A DNA stretch of 64,000 nt, from positions 64,001-128,000 of the forward strand of contig CAVYTU010000002.1 in the NCBI GenBank assembly GCA_963771465.1, read 5' to 3'. Position numbers and translations under genes: made by a program. The DNA comes from an uncultured delta proteobacterium (lineage in GTDB: Bacteria > Desulfobacterota > Binatia > UBA9968). The notes beneath the pieces were generated by a model, which saw nothing but the letters and a program-made list of their open reading frames with translations, searched no databases and was not told the origin of the DNA. Each line of letters begins with the position of its first letter. Within the stretch, counting starts at the first letter, position 1. Positions 1 through 9,047 of the stretch are shown here, piece after piece.

Positions 1-441
1 CAACTGGCCGCATTATCGCCGCCGACGGTTATCATTGCACGCGACAAGTTCAAGTTGAGAATTCACGGCAGCACCCTCGATGATTTACCTAGTTTACAGA
101 ATGGCCTGGCATTTTCAGAAAGGCTCCTACGCGAGCGGCGCGACTTGGCCAAACGGATTGTCCGTGCCCGCTCCCGCGCGCATCGTTATCTATGGGAGAA
201 CGAACGCGGCACGGCCGAAGTTTTAGCGAAGTATTTGAATGTGGAAATGGCGGTGGCGCTCGAATCCTATCGGCTCGCCCGCCCGGCGTTCACCACCAAC
301 GGCCTCGCCAGCGACAAGGAAGTCGAAGACTTTCTCCGCGCCGACGCAGAGGTTTTGAAACTCAAGGAGCCGGTGCCGGCGGCCAAGATATTCGATTTCA
401 GTTTGCAGCGCGAAGTGAATCAAGAGTTGGGCATCAAGTAG
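1..441 (+). CDS. ABC transporter substrate-binding protein, NMT1/SsuA-like (5' partial)
   Basis: Frame is open from base 1; C-terminus (..AEVLAKYL..KIFDFSLQREVNQELG) is typical of NMT1/THI5-like binding proteins. Confidence 0.7.
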   Translation, partial: QLAALSPPTVIIARDKFKLRIHGSTLDDLPSLQNGLAFSERLLRERRDLAKRIVRARSRAHRYLWENERGTAEVLAKYLNVEMAVALESYRLARPAFTTNGLASDKEVEDFLRADAEVLKLKEPVPAAKIFDFSLQREVNQELGIK

Positions 442-482
442 TCACACGCATCATCAGCAAACTCCCGAGGAGGCTATCTATC

Positions 483-1434
483 ATGAACATACTCATCACC
501 GGCGCGGGATTGATCGGCACCCATGCGGCGCGGCAAATGGTCGACGCTGGACACAAAGTCGTGCTCTTCGATCTGTCGCCGAATCGGGACTACATCGGCA
601 AAGTGGTCGGCAAAGACAAAGCCGATGTCGTCGCCGCCAACATGCTCGACTTGCCGGCGCTCTTGAGCGCGCTGGAAAGATTCGACGTCGACACCATGGT
701 TCACACCGCGGGGTTGATCGGCGGGCGGGTACAAGAAAATTCGTACACCGGTGCGACGAATAATATTCTCGGCACTATCAACATCCTCGAAGCAGCGCGC
801 TTGCGAAAACTGCGCCGGGTCGTCTACGTCAGCACGTTCGGCGTCTATGAGCGCGGCAAAATCACCGACGGCGTCGTCAAAGAAACCCATGCCATCGGCG
901 GCCACAATCTCTACGCCACCACCAAAGTTTGCTCCGAACATTTGGTCCACGCCTACACCAGCATGTACAACCTCGACACCATCATCATCCGTCCCGGCGG
1001 CGTCTTTGGCCGTGGCTTTTACGTCGGCGGCTCGACGGTGGGAAAGATAATGCGCGATCTGGCGTTAGCGATGATCAAAGGCGAGCCGATCACGATCGAC
1101 GCAAAAACCTACGGCCCCAACGAATATGTCTACGGCAAAGATGTCGGCTTGGCGCTCTTCCTCGCCTGTCAAGCGCAGAATCCAAAGCAACGCATTTACA
1201 ACGCCGGCACTGGCGTCGTGCACGGCGCCGAAGAGTTGGCCCAAGTCGTCCGCGACGTCGCGCCGAAAATTAGAAGTCAAAGTCAGCGGTTCAACCACCG
1301 CGGATAAAAGCCGAAATATCCCGATGGACATCAGCGTTGCCAAAGCGGAGTTAGGCTACGCGCCAAAATTTCCGCTGAAAGATGCGCTGCGGGATTACAT
1401 GGACGAGTTATGGAACGAGGGCGCGAGAAGTTAG
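483..1434 (+). CDS. NAD-dependent epimerase/dehydratase (frameshift at ~1266-1269)
   Basis: GAGLIG Rossmann motif, YATTK catalytic motif, RBS GAGGAGG. C-terminus (LEVKVSG..MDISVAKAELGYAPKF) continues in another frame after an A4 run. Confidence 0.85.
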
Positions 1435-1458
1435 CGATGAAACAAACTGACTGACGCC

Positions 1459-1488
1459 AAGGGACGCCGCCGGCGTCCCTTCTTTTTT
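1459..1488 (+). terminator. Intrinsic terminator
   Basis: AAGGGACGCC-gcc-GGCGTCCCTT stem followed by T6, between convergent genes. Confidence 0.8.
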
Positions 1489-1503
1489 GCGCTGTGCGCA
1501 ACG

Positions 1504-2214
1504 TCAATCGACGAATTTGAACCGAATCATATAATACAACGCCGCCACACCATCCTTCCAAGTGATTTTTTTGCCTTCCGCATAGGTGCGGCCGTGATAG
1601 GAGATCGGCACTTCATAGAAGCGGCAGCCTTTTTTAGCGAGCTTGATGGTAATCTCCGGTTCGAAGCCGAAGCGCTGCGATTTGAGCTCGATGCCTTTCA
1701 ACACTTCGGCACGAAAAACTTTATAGCCGACTTCCATGTCCGAGAGATTCAAATTGGACAGCATGTTGGAAATCAACGTGAGCAAACGATTACCCATGGA
1801 GTGCCAGAAAAATAGCACGCGGTGCGCACCGCCGCCGGCGAAGCGCGAACCGTAAACCACGTCGGCCAAACCCTTCGTAATGGGCTCGATCAAAGCTGGA
1901 TAATCCGCCGGATCGTATTCCAGATCGGCATCCTGAACCAGCACGATATCGCCGGTGACGTGGCTGAAGGCGCTCTTAAGCGCCGCGCCCTTGCCTTGAT
2001 TGTGCGATTGAAAGAAAACTCTGATCTGATTGAGCGGGTCGTTAGCCCGCTGATTTTCTTCCTGCAAGCGTGTGAGAATCTCGCGGCTCTTATCCTTCGA
2101 CCCGTCGTCGACGAGAATGATCTCCTTCGCCATCGGAAAGGCGCACACCCGGCGCACCACTTCCGCCAACGTGTGCTCCTCGTTGTAGACTGGAACTAGG
2201 ACGGAAAGCTTCAC
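1504..2214 (-). CDS. Glycosyltransferase family 2 (DPM-synthase-like)
   Basis: LSVLVPVYNE, VDDGSKD, QDADLEY, FGFEPEIT motifs; GTG start overlaps the upstream stop. Confidence 0.9.
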   Translation of the reverse strand: MKLSVLVPVYNEEHTLAEVVRRVCAFPMAKEIILVDDGSKDKSREILTRLQEENQRANDPLNQIRVFFQSHNQGKGAALKSAFSHVTGDIVLVQDADLEYDPADYPALIEPITKGLADVVYGSRFAGGGAHRVLFFWHSMGNRLLTLISNMLSNLNLSDMEVGYKVFRAEVLKGIELKSQRFGFEPEITIKLAKKGCRFYEVPISYHGRTYAEGKKITWKDGVAALYYMIRFKFVD

Positions 2215-2990
2215 TGCTCGAATTCGCGTTTCTTGAGCTCGCGCACGAATGCGACAAGTTTGGGGTCGGCGTTGACGGCTTCATTGATCTTGGCCTGAAA
2301 GTCGGCGGCGGCGCGCTCTAGCGGACTGGTGTCGACGCGCAAGCCGAGCCATTGATTGAGCCGGAGCAATAGCGCCAAGGTGCCGCGCGGATTGGGCGAG
2401 ACCGAGAGATAATGCGGGAGCGATGCCCATAGGCTCAAATGGGGCATGCCGGCTTGTCGGCAAGCATCGGTCAACACGCCGACGATACCGGTGGGACCTT
2501 GATAACGCGACGGCGACAGTTCGAGTTCGTCCATCAGTTTTGGATCGGTGGAAAAACCCGTGAGCGGCACCGGCCGAGTGTAGAGCACTTCATCCAAATA
2601 CGCGCCTAAGGTTACCACCATTTCAATGCCGCACTCGCGCGCGAAGCGCAGCATCGTTTCGGTAAACGTGCGCCAGCGTAAGTGCGGCTCGGCGCCGATG
2701 CCGAGGACGAAATCCTTTTCCATGCCCATGCCGGGCCCGACGTAAAAATCGTAGGACGGCCAATGAATCTCGCGAATCTTGCTATCGTTGATGCTCACCA
2801 CGGGGCGCTGTCGGAAAAAATCATAAAATTCTTCGGGATCGATGGTGGCGAACTTCTTGCTGGTCAGCTGATCGGCGAGATAGCGCACCGCGGTGGTGGC
2901 CGAAGCGCCAGCGTCGCTCCAGCCGGCGAACGCGAGCAACAAGATCGGGCTTCGCAACGAAGGGCGGTTATCGAAACTGAGCGCATCCAT
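2211..2990 (-). CDS. PAC2 family (proteasome assembly chaperone-like) protein
   Basis: AFAGWSDAG, IDPEEFYDF..RP, EPHLRW, YQGPTGIVG, WASLPHY motifs. Confidence 0.85.
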   Translation of the reverse strand: MDALSFDNRPSLRSPILLLAFAGWSDAGASATTAVRYLADQLTSKKFATIDPEEFYDFFRQRPVVSINDSKIREIHWPSYDFYVGPGMGMEKDFVLGIGAEPHLRWRTFTETMLRFARECGIEMVVTLGAYLDEVLYTRPVPLTGFSTDPKLMDELELSPSRYQGPTGIVGVLTDACRQAGMPHLSLWASLPHYLSVSPNPRGTLALLLRLNQWLGLRVDTSPLERAAADFQAKINEAVNADPKLVAFVRELKKREFEQ

Positions 2991-3103
2991 AGTTGAAATA
3001 ATGTATCACAAGTTCGACCTCAGCCTCTAGCAAAAAGATGGTCATGAAAAATCGCTCCGGCTAGGAGTTGGCGGCAGCGTTTGCTATATTAGCCCCATCG
3101 ATC

Positions 3104-3262
3104 ATGAGCGAACAAAAGCATCACCTGCTGCCGCTGTTTCAAGAAAGCGAAGTGCTGTTCGGTCACGACGGCACCACCGGCTTGATCGCTTGCGAGAGCG
3201 CCGGCAACGATAGGGAGGAAGAAATCCAGGAGACAGAACTGGCAATTCAGGAGGCCGATTGA
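3104..3262 (+). pseudogene. Short ORF, possible 5' remnant of a family-B DNA polymerase gene
   Basis: FQESEVLFGHDGTTGLIACE resembles (from memory) the LFGxDxTxxIVAxE N-terminus of bacterial PolB-like proteins; similarity ends at ~3210 where a 7-mer repeat tract starts. Confidence 0.4.
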
Positions 3263-3317
3263 GCACTGGCTTCTGAATTCTGACTTTTTATTTTCTGGCT
3301 TGTTTTAGGTACGGAGC

Positions 3318-4052
3318 ATGACCAACAGAGTCGCTCTCATTACCGGCGGTGCCAAAGGTATCGGCCGGGCTGTCGCATTGGATTTGGCGGCGCGCGGCTG
3401 GGCGGTGGCGATCTGCTATCGAACCAGCGCGCAAGAAGCCGCCAACGTCATCGAAGCGGTACAGCAAACAGGCAGCCAAGGCATCGCCGTGGAATGCGAC
3501 GTCTCCAAGCCGGCAGCCGCTGTGAGTTTGATTGCGCGCGTGCAGGAAGAATACGGCCGCATCGACGCGCTCATCAATGGCGCCGGTCCCTATCATCGCG
3601 TTTCGCTGCTCAAAGAAACCAACGACGGTTGGCACTCGATGTTCGATAACAATTTGCACCCGGTATTTTATCTGACTCAAGCCGTCATCCCGGTAATGAA
3701 AATGCACCAGTGGGGCCGCATCGTCAGTTTCAGCATGGCCAACGCCGAGCAGTTGATCGCCCAGCCGCAGTTGGCCGCGCACTACATTACCAAGGTCGGC
3801 TTGTTGGCGTTGTCGCGCTCCTTCGCTAAATTGATCGCGCCCGATGGTATCACCATGAACTGCATCTCGCCGGGGTTTATCGATTCCGGCAGCGCGCCCA
3901 AAGACGAACTCGATAAGATGGTCAAGTTTATCCCGGCGGGTTACATCGGCACAGTCGACGACGCGGTCGGCGCCGTTCGCTACCTCTTGTCCGATGCAGC
4001 GCGCTATGTTAATGGCGCAAACATACAGCTCAGCGGCGCTTGGGGCGTCTGA
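3318..4052 (+). CDS. SDR family oxidoreductase
   Basis: TGGAKGIG, YITK (YxxxK), NCISPG motifs. Confidence 0.9.
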   Translation: MTNRVALITGGAKGIGRAVALDLAARGWAVAICYRTSAQEAANVIEAVQQTGSQGIAVECDVSKPAAAVSLIARVQEEYGRIDALINGAGPYHRVSLLKETNDGWHSMFDNNLHPVFYLTQAVIPVMKMHQWGRIVSFSMANAEQLIAQPQLAAHYITKVGLLALSRSFAKLIAPDGITMNCISPGFIDSGSAPKDELDKMVKFIPAGYIGTVDDAVGAVRYLLSDAARYVNGANIQLSGAWGV

Positions 4053-4118
4053 GAAACAAGCTTGAACGCGGCGAAATAAAGTAAGAAAATACGATTCGGA
4101 TGATTGACTAGGACGACC

Positions 4119-4604
4119 ATGACCACGCCCAGAGACCAAGAACGCGCCGTCGAGCTGATCGGCCAAGCGATGCAGCACCAGATGGCGCAGGAGTTTGACC
4201 AGGCGATCCGGCTGTACAAGGAATCCATCGCGCTCTATCCTACGGCCGATGCGCATACGTATCTCGGTTGGGCCTACAGTTTCAAAGGCCAGCTGAATGA
4301 AGCGATTGCGCAGTGCGAAATCGCCATCGAGATCGATCCCGAATTCGGCAATCCGTACAACGACATTGGCGTGTACTTGATGCAACAGCAAAAACTCGAC
4401 GACGCGATCCCGTGGCTCGAACGCGCCAAGAATGCGAAACGTTATGAGCCGCGCCACTTTCCCTATATTAATTTGGGCCGGGTTTATCTTTCCAAAGGAA
4501 TGATTCAACAAGCGATCAGAGAATTTTCCGGCGCGCTGGAGATTCATCCCGCCGACACCGAGCTCGCCGAGTTGGTGCAGGAGCTGCAATCCAAGCTGCA
4601 ATAA
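4119..4604 (+). CDS. Tetratricopeptide repeat protein
   Basis: TPR units AHTYLGWAY, PYNDIGVYL, PYINLGRVY. Confidence 0.85.
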   Translation: MTTPRDQERAVELIGQAMQHQMAQEFDQAIRLYKESIALYPTADAHTYLGWAYSFKGQLNEAIAQCEIAIEIDPEFGNPYNDIGVYLMQQQKLDDAIPWLERAKNAKRYEPRHFPYINLGRVYLSKGMIQQAIREFSGALEIHPADTELAELVQELQSKLQ

Positions 4605-4836
4605 TCCCGTATTCCGCAGTTGCAGTAATCGCGCGCGCCAAGCGAGGCGCGATCCTGGAGTCGTGAAGACACCCAACGCTGCGTTGGCAAAGTCAATTTA
4701 CCTGGTTGGGAAGCTGTGCCGATGGCTATCGGGATTGCTCACTGGGAAGCGATGTCGGTCGCCTGCCCAGAGGCAGAGACCCATTGTGTTCACTGCGGCG
4801 AGACTGCGCCTCAGTCTCGCTTTGCTTGCCTGGTTC

Positions 4837-6159
4837 TTAACTCGCCGCGCCAATCGCCGCGTCAAAGATGGTTACCGCAGTCGCCACTTCTTCTTCGGTG
4901 ACGATCAGCGGTGGACAAAAACGCAACGTGCTCTGGCCGCAGCTAAGCAGCAGCAAACCGCTCTCGAAGCAGCGCTGCATCACGTCATCGCGAAACTTTC
5001 CATCCGGCGCATGACTGCCATCGCTGCGCTCGAAGTCGACGCCGATCATCAGCCCCAAACCGCGCACGTCGCCGATCACGGCGTGGCGTTGCTTGAGCTG
5101 CGTTAAGCGATCTTTGAGAACCGCTCCGACCTTTGCTGAATTGGCGACCAGCCCGCCTTCCAGAAGCTCGATGGTCGCCAGCGCCGCCGCGCAAGCGACC
5201 GGATTACCGCCGTAGGTACTGCCGTGGGTGCCGTCTTTCCACGTGCTGACTTCCTCCCGCGCGATCATCGCGCCCAGCGGCATACCGCTGGCGATACCCT
5301 TGGCCGTGCAGATAATATCGGGTTCTATGTCCCAATGTTCACAGGCAAACATTTTGCCGGTGCGGCCAAAGCCGGTCTGGATTTCGTCGGCGACGAGCAG
5401 GATGCCATGCTTGCGGCAAAGTTCCTGGAGCATGGGCAAATACTCCGGCGGCGGCACGATATAGCCGCCCTCGCCTTGCACCGGCTCGACGAAGATGGCG
5501 GCAATTTCTTCGGGCCTGACATCGTGGCGAAAAACTAATTTCTCCAAAACGTTGACACACTCGATACCGCAGGAGCCGTATGTCAATTGATAGGGACAGC
5601 GGTAGCAAAAGCCATAGGGCACATGATGCACGCCGGGAATCAGCGGACCGAAGTGTGCTCGATGAGACGAACGGCTCGCCGTGAGCGACAGCGAGCCCAT
5701 GGAGCGGCCGTGAAACGCGCCATAAAACGCGATCACATGCTGCCGTTTGGTGTGATAGCGCGCCAGCTTGAACGCCGCCTCGACCGTCTCCGTGCCGGAG
5801 TTGGTGAAAAACACTTTCTTGCCCCCCTTGCCGGGTGCCAGTCGCGCCAGCTTCTCGGCCAACTCGACCATCGGCTCGTAGTAAAAATCGCTACCGCAAA
5901 TATGCAAAAACTTGCGCGCCTGGGCTTCGATCGCTTTAACCACGCGCGGATGGGCGTGGCCGGTGTTGGCTACGGCAATCCCGGCCATGAAGTCGAGAAA
6001 CAGATTGCCGTCGACATCTTCGATGACGCAGCCGCGTCCTTCCTTGACGACCAACGGATAAACCCGTCCATAAGCGGGCGCGGTAAACTTCTCATCGCGC
6101 TCGACGATGGCTTTCGCTTTGGGACCAGGGAGAGCTGTTTTGATGTGGGGTATTTTCAT
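4837..6159 (-). CDS. Class III PLP aminotransferase (4-aminobutyrate/acetylornithine family)
   Basis: NSGTETVE, AFHGRS, EPVQGEGG, DEIQTGFGRTG, TAKGIASG, HGSTYGGNP. Confidence 0.92.
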   Translation of the reverse strand: MKIPHIKTALPGPKAKAIVERDEKFTAPAYGRVYPLVVKEGRGCVIEDVDGNLFLDFMAGIAVANTGHAHPRVVKAIEAQARKFLHICGSDFYYEPMVELAEKLARLAPGKGGKKVFFTNSGTETVEAAFKLARYHTKRQHVIAFYGAFHGRSMGSLSLTASRSSHRAHFGPLIPGVHHVPYGFCYRCPYQLTYGSCGIECVNVLEKLVFRHDVRPEEIAAIFVEPVQGEGGYIVPPPEYLPMLQELCRKHGILLVADEIQTGFGRTGKMFACEHWDIEPDIICTAKGIASGMPLGAMIAREEVSTWKDGTHGSTYGGNPVACAAALATIELLEGGLVANSAKVGAVLKDRLTQLKQRHAVIGDVRGLGLMIGVDFERSDGSHAPDGKFRDDVMQRCFESGLLLLSCGQSTLRFCPPLIVTEEEVATAVTIFDAAIGAAS

Positions 6160-6245
6160 AGGCGAACAACTTGGGTTAATGGGTTCCTGAAGTCAACGGC
6201 AATTGCAACCATCCGATACCTCCATCGCTCTATATCTCCATTCTT

Positions 6246-7737
6246 TTATTCCGCGTTATCAATCTGCGCCTTCTGCAGCTTGCCCGAATAGTCGACGTAA
6301 ATTGATTTCCACTCGGTAAAGATATCGTACACGGTCGTGCCCGCTTCGCGGTGGCCGTTGCCGGTGTCTTTGACGCCGCCGAAAGGTAGATGCACCTCGG
6401 CGCCGATGGTCGGGCCGTTGATATAAGTAATGCCGGCTTCGATATCCCGCATGGCGCGAAACGCCCGCGTCACATCGTTGGTGTAAATCGAACTAGACAA
6501 CCCATACGCCGTGCCGTTGAGTACGTTGATCGCTTCCTCGAAGCTGGAGATTTCAATAATCGACAGCACCGGCCCGAAAATCTCTTCCTGCGCGATACGC
6601 ATATGGGGCTTCACCTGATCGAAAATCGTCGGTTGGAAAAAGTAGCCATTGGCGCAATCGCCTGAATCGTAAATTGCCCCGCCGGTGCGTAGCCGCGCGC
6701 CTTCTTGGGCGCCGATCTCGATGTAGCGCATCACTTTCTCCCGCGCAGTCTGATTGATCAGCGGCCCCATCTCAACGCTTTCGTCGAGACCGTCGCCAAT
6801 TTTTATTTTCTGCGCCCGCTCGACCAGCGCGTCGGTTACCTTTTTTGCGACATCGCGATGGACGATCAAACGGCTGGTCGCCGTGCAGCGTTGCCCCGTC
6901 GTGCCGAAGGCGCCCCACAGCGCGCCTTCGATGGCGAGATCGAGATCGGCGTCTTCCATGACGATCTGCGCGTTTTTACCGCCGAGCTCCAGCGAGACGC
7001 GTTTGAGATTTTGGCCGCAAGCCGAAGCGATCTCACGCCCAACCGCGGCGGAGCCGGTGAAGGAAACCAACTGCACATGCTTATGGCGCACCAGCGCGGC
7101 ACCGACTTCTTCGCCGCGGCCATGAATCAAATTGACCACGCCTGGCGGCACGCCGGCTTCGGTGAGAATTTCGACGAATCGGGTCGCGGTGTGCGGCGTA
7201 TCTTCCGCCGGTTTGAGTATCACCGTGTTGCCGCAGATCAGCGCGGGAAACGAATTTCCAGGTCGGAATCGCCAGCGGAAAGTTCCACGGCGTGATCAGC
7301 GCGCACACGCCGATCGGCGTGCGCACCGACATGGCGAATTTGTTGGGCATCTCCGCCGGTGTGGTCTCACCAAACAGCCGGCGTCCTTCGCCGGCGTTGA
7401 GAAACGCGCAGTCGATCCCTTCTTGGACATCGCCGCGGGTTTCCTTCAACACCTTGCCCATCTCGCGGGTCTCGATGCGCGCCAGTTCTTCTTTGTTTTT
7501 TTTCAACAGCTCGCCGACGCGGTAGAGAATCTCGCCCCGTTTGGGTGCCGGCACCAAACGCCAGGAAGCAAAGGCTTTCGTCGCAGCCTGTACTGCCGCG
7601 TCGACATCGGCAACGCTCGAAGCGGGGAACGAACCGATCAGATCGTCGCGCTTGGCTGGATTGCGGTTCTCAAAAGTCTTTTCCGACTTGGCTGCTAGCC
7701 ATTGACCGTCGATGTAATTGAAAAATTTTTGCGCCAT
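6246..7737 (-). CDS. Aldehyde dehydrogenase (frameshift at ~7255)
   Basis: ITPWNFP in the N-terminal ORF; [15 protein letters not shown] and EEIFGP in the C-terminal ORF. Removing one T restores WKSFPAL. Confidence 0.9.
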
Positions 7738-7876
7738 AATCATTCTCCCGGCCGATTTCCCATCCGACCAGTTAACCTGCTCCGCCACGGCAATTGTAGG
7801 TGTCTCACGCGCCGAACACAACGTTAATGTGCCGATAAGCAAACAACCAAGCGACCCCGGATGGCGCTCCGCTTAA

Positions 7877-7905
7877 TTGATTTTACGCCGTCAATTGGAT
7901 AGTTT
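7877..7905 (+). promoter_or_regulatory. Putative sigma-70 promoter for tctC-tctAB
   Basis: TTGATT-17 nt-TAGTTT about 55 nt upstream of the start. Confidence 0.45.
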
Positions 7906-7959
7906 CTGGCCACCCAAGCGGCCGGCACTGCGAGCCAAACAAAGAAGGAGCTATCTATA

Positions 7960-8985
7960 ATGAAGACTGGAATATTCTCAACCCTCATCCTGTTCGCGAC
8001 GATGATGTCGGCTAGCAACGCCAGCGCTGCGGAAGAGTTTTTTAAAGGCAAATCGATTCGCATCGTCGTCGGCTTCTCCGCCGGCGGCGGCTTCGACACC
8101 TACGCGCGCGCCATCTCGCGCCACATAACTAAGCATATCCCCGGCAACCCAAATGTCGTCGTCGAGAACATGACCGGCGCCGGCAGCCTGATCGCCGCCA
8201 ATCATGTTTACAAAGTCGCCAAGCCGGACGGCTTGACCATCGGCCATTTCATCGGCGGTTTGTTTCTTGGCCAAGTTCTCGGCCAGGCCGGCGTTGAATT
8301 CGACGCGCGCAAGTTCGAATTCATCGGCGCGCCGATCAGCGATCACGTCGTCTGCGCCTTGACCAAAGCGAGCGGCATCACTAGCGTGGACAAGTGGATG
8401 GCATCGAAGACTCCGGTAAAACTCGGCGGTCTCGCTCCCGGTACTTCGACGCCGGACAACGCCACGCGCATATTGAAAGCCTCCTTAGGACTGCCGATTC
8501 AATTGGTCACCGGTTACAAAGGCACGGCCGATGTACGTCTGGCGGCGGATAGCGGTGAACTCGCCGGCGGCTGTTGGGGTTGGGATTCGATCAGCGTCAC
8601 GTGGCGCAAAGCCCTCGACACCGGCGACGCAGTCGTCGTGCTCCAGGCCAATCGCAGAAATCATCCCGACCTGCCCAACGTCCCGCAGGCGATCAAGCTC
8701 GCCAAAACCGAAGATGCCCGTAAGATGATCGAAATTGGCATCCACGGCGACAGTGATATCGTGCGGCCCTACGCCTTGCCGCCCGGCACGCCCAAAGACC
8801 GCGTGCAGATTCTGCGCAAAGCATTTGAGGCAACTCTCAAAGACGCGGAGTTCGTCGCCGATGCGAAAAAAGCTCGGCTCAATATCGATCCGATTCCGCC
8901 GGAGGAAATTGAGAAGGACATCGCCGGCTTGTTCAAACTCGATCCCGCGCTAATCACTAAGCTCAAAGATGTACTTTACAATTAA
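7960..8985 (+). CDS. tctC: Tripartite tricarboxylate transporter substrate-binding protein (TctC/Bug)
   Basis: Signal peptide, GFSAGGGFD, VVENMTGAG, PDGLT, YKGTA, PPGTPKD. Confidence 0.9.
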   Translation: MKTGIFSTLILFATMMSASNASAAEEFFKGKSIRIVVGFSAGGGFDTYARAISRHITKHIPGNPNVVVENMTGAGSLIAANHVYKVAKPDGLTIGHFIGGLFLGQVLGQAGVEFDARKFEFIGAPISDHVVCALTKASGITSVDKWMASKTPVKLGGLAPGTSTPDNATRILKASLGLPIQLVTGYKGTADVRLAADSGELAGGCWGWDSISVTWRKALDTGDAVVVLQANRRNHPDLPNVPQAIKLAKTEDARKMIEIGIHGDSDIVRPYALPPGTPKDRVQILRKAFEATLKDAEFVADAKKARLNIDPIPPEEIEKDIAGLFKLDPALITKLKDVLYN

Positions 8986-9047
8986 CCATGACACTGATAT
9001 TGAGCGGCGACTCATTTTGCTAAGCACACTACGGGGCCTAAGTTGAT

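Noticed and set aside
3288-4676. 462-aa minus-strand ORF (and similar long antisense ORFs at 33022-34218, 36171-37232, 42512-43849)
   Set aside because: Shadow ORFs opposite well-supported genes in GC-rich DNA; no recognisable motifs
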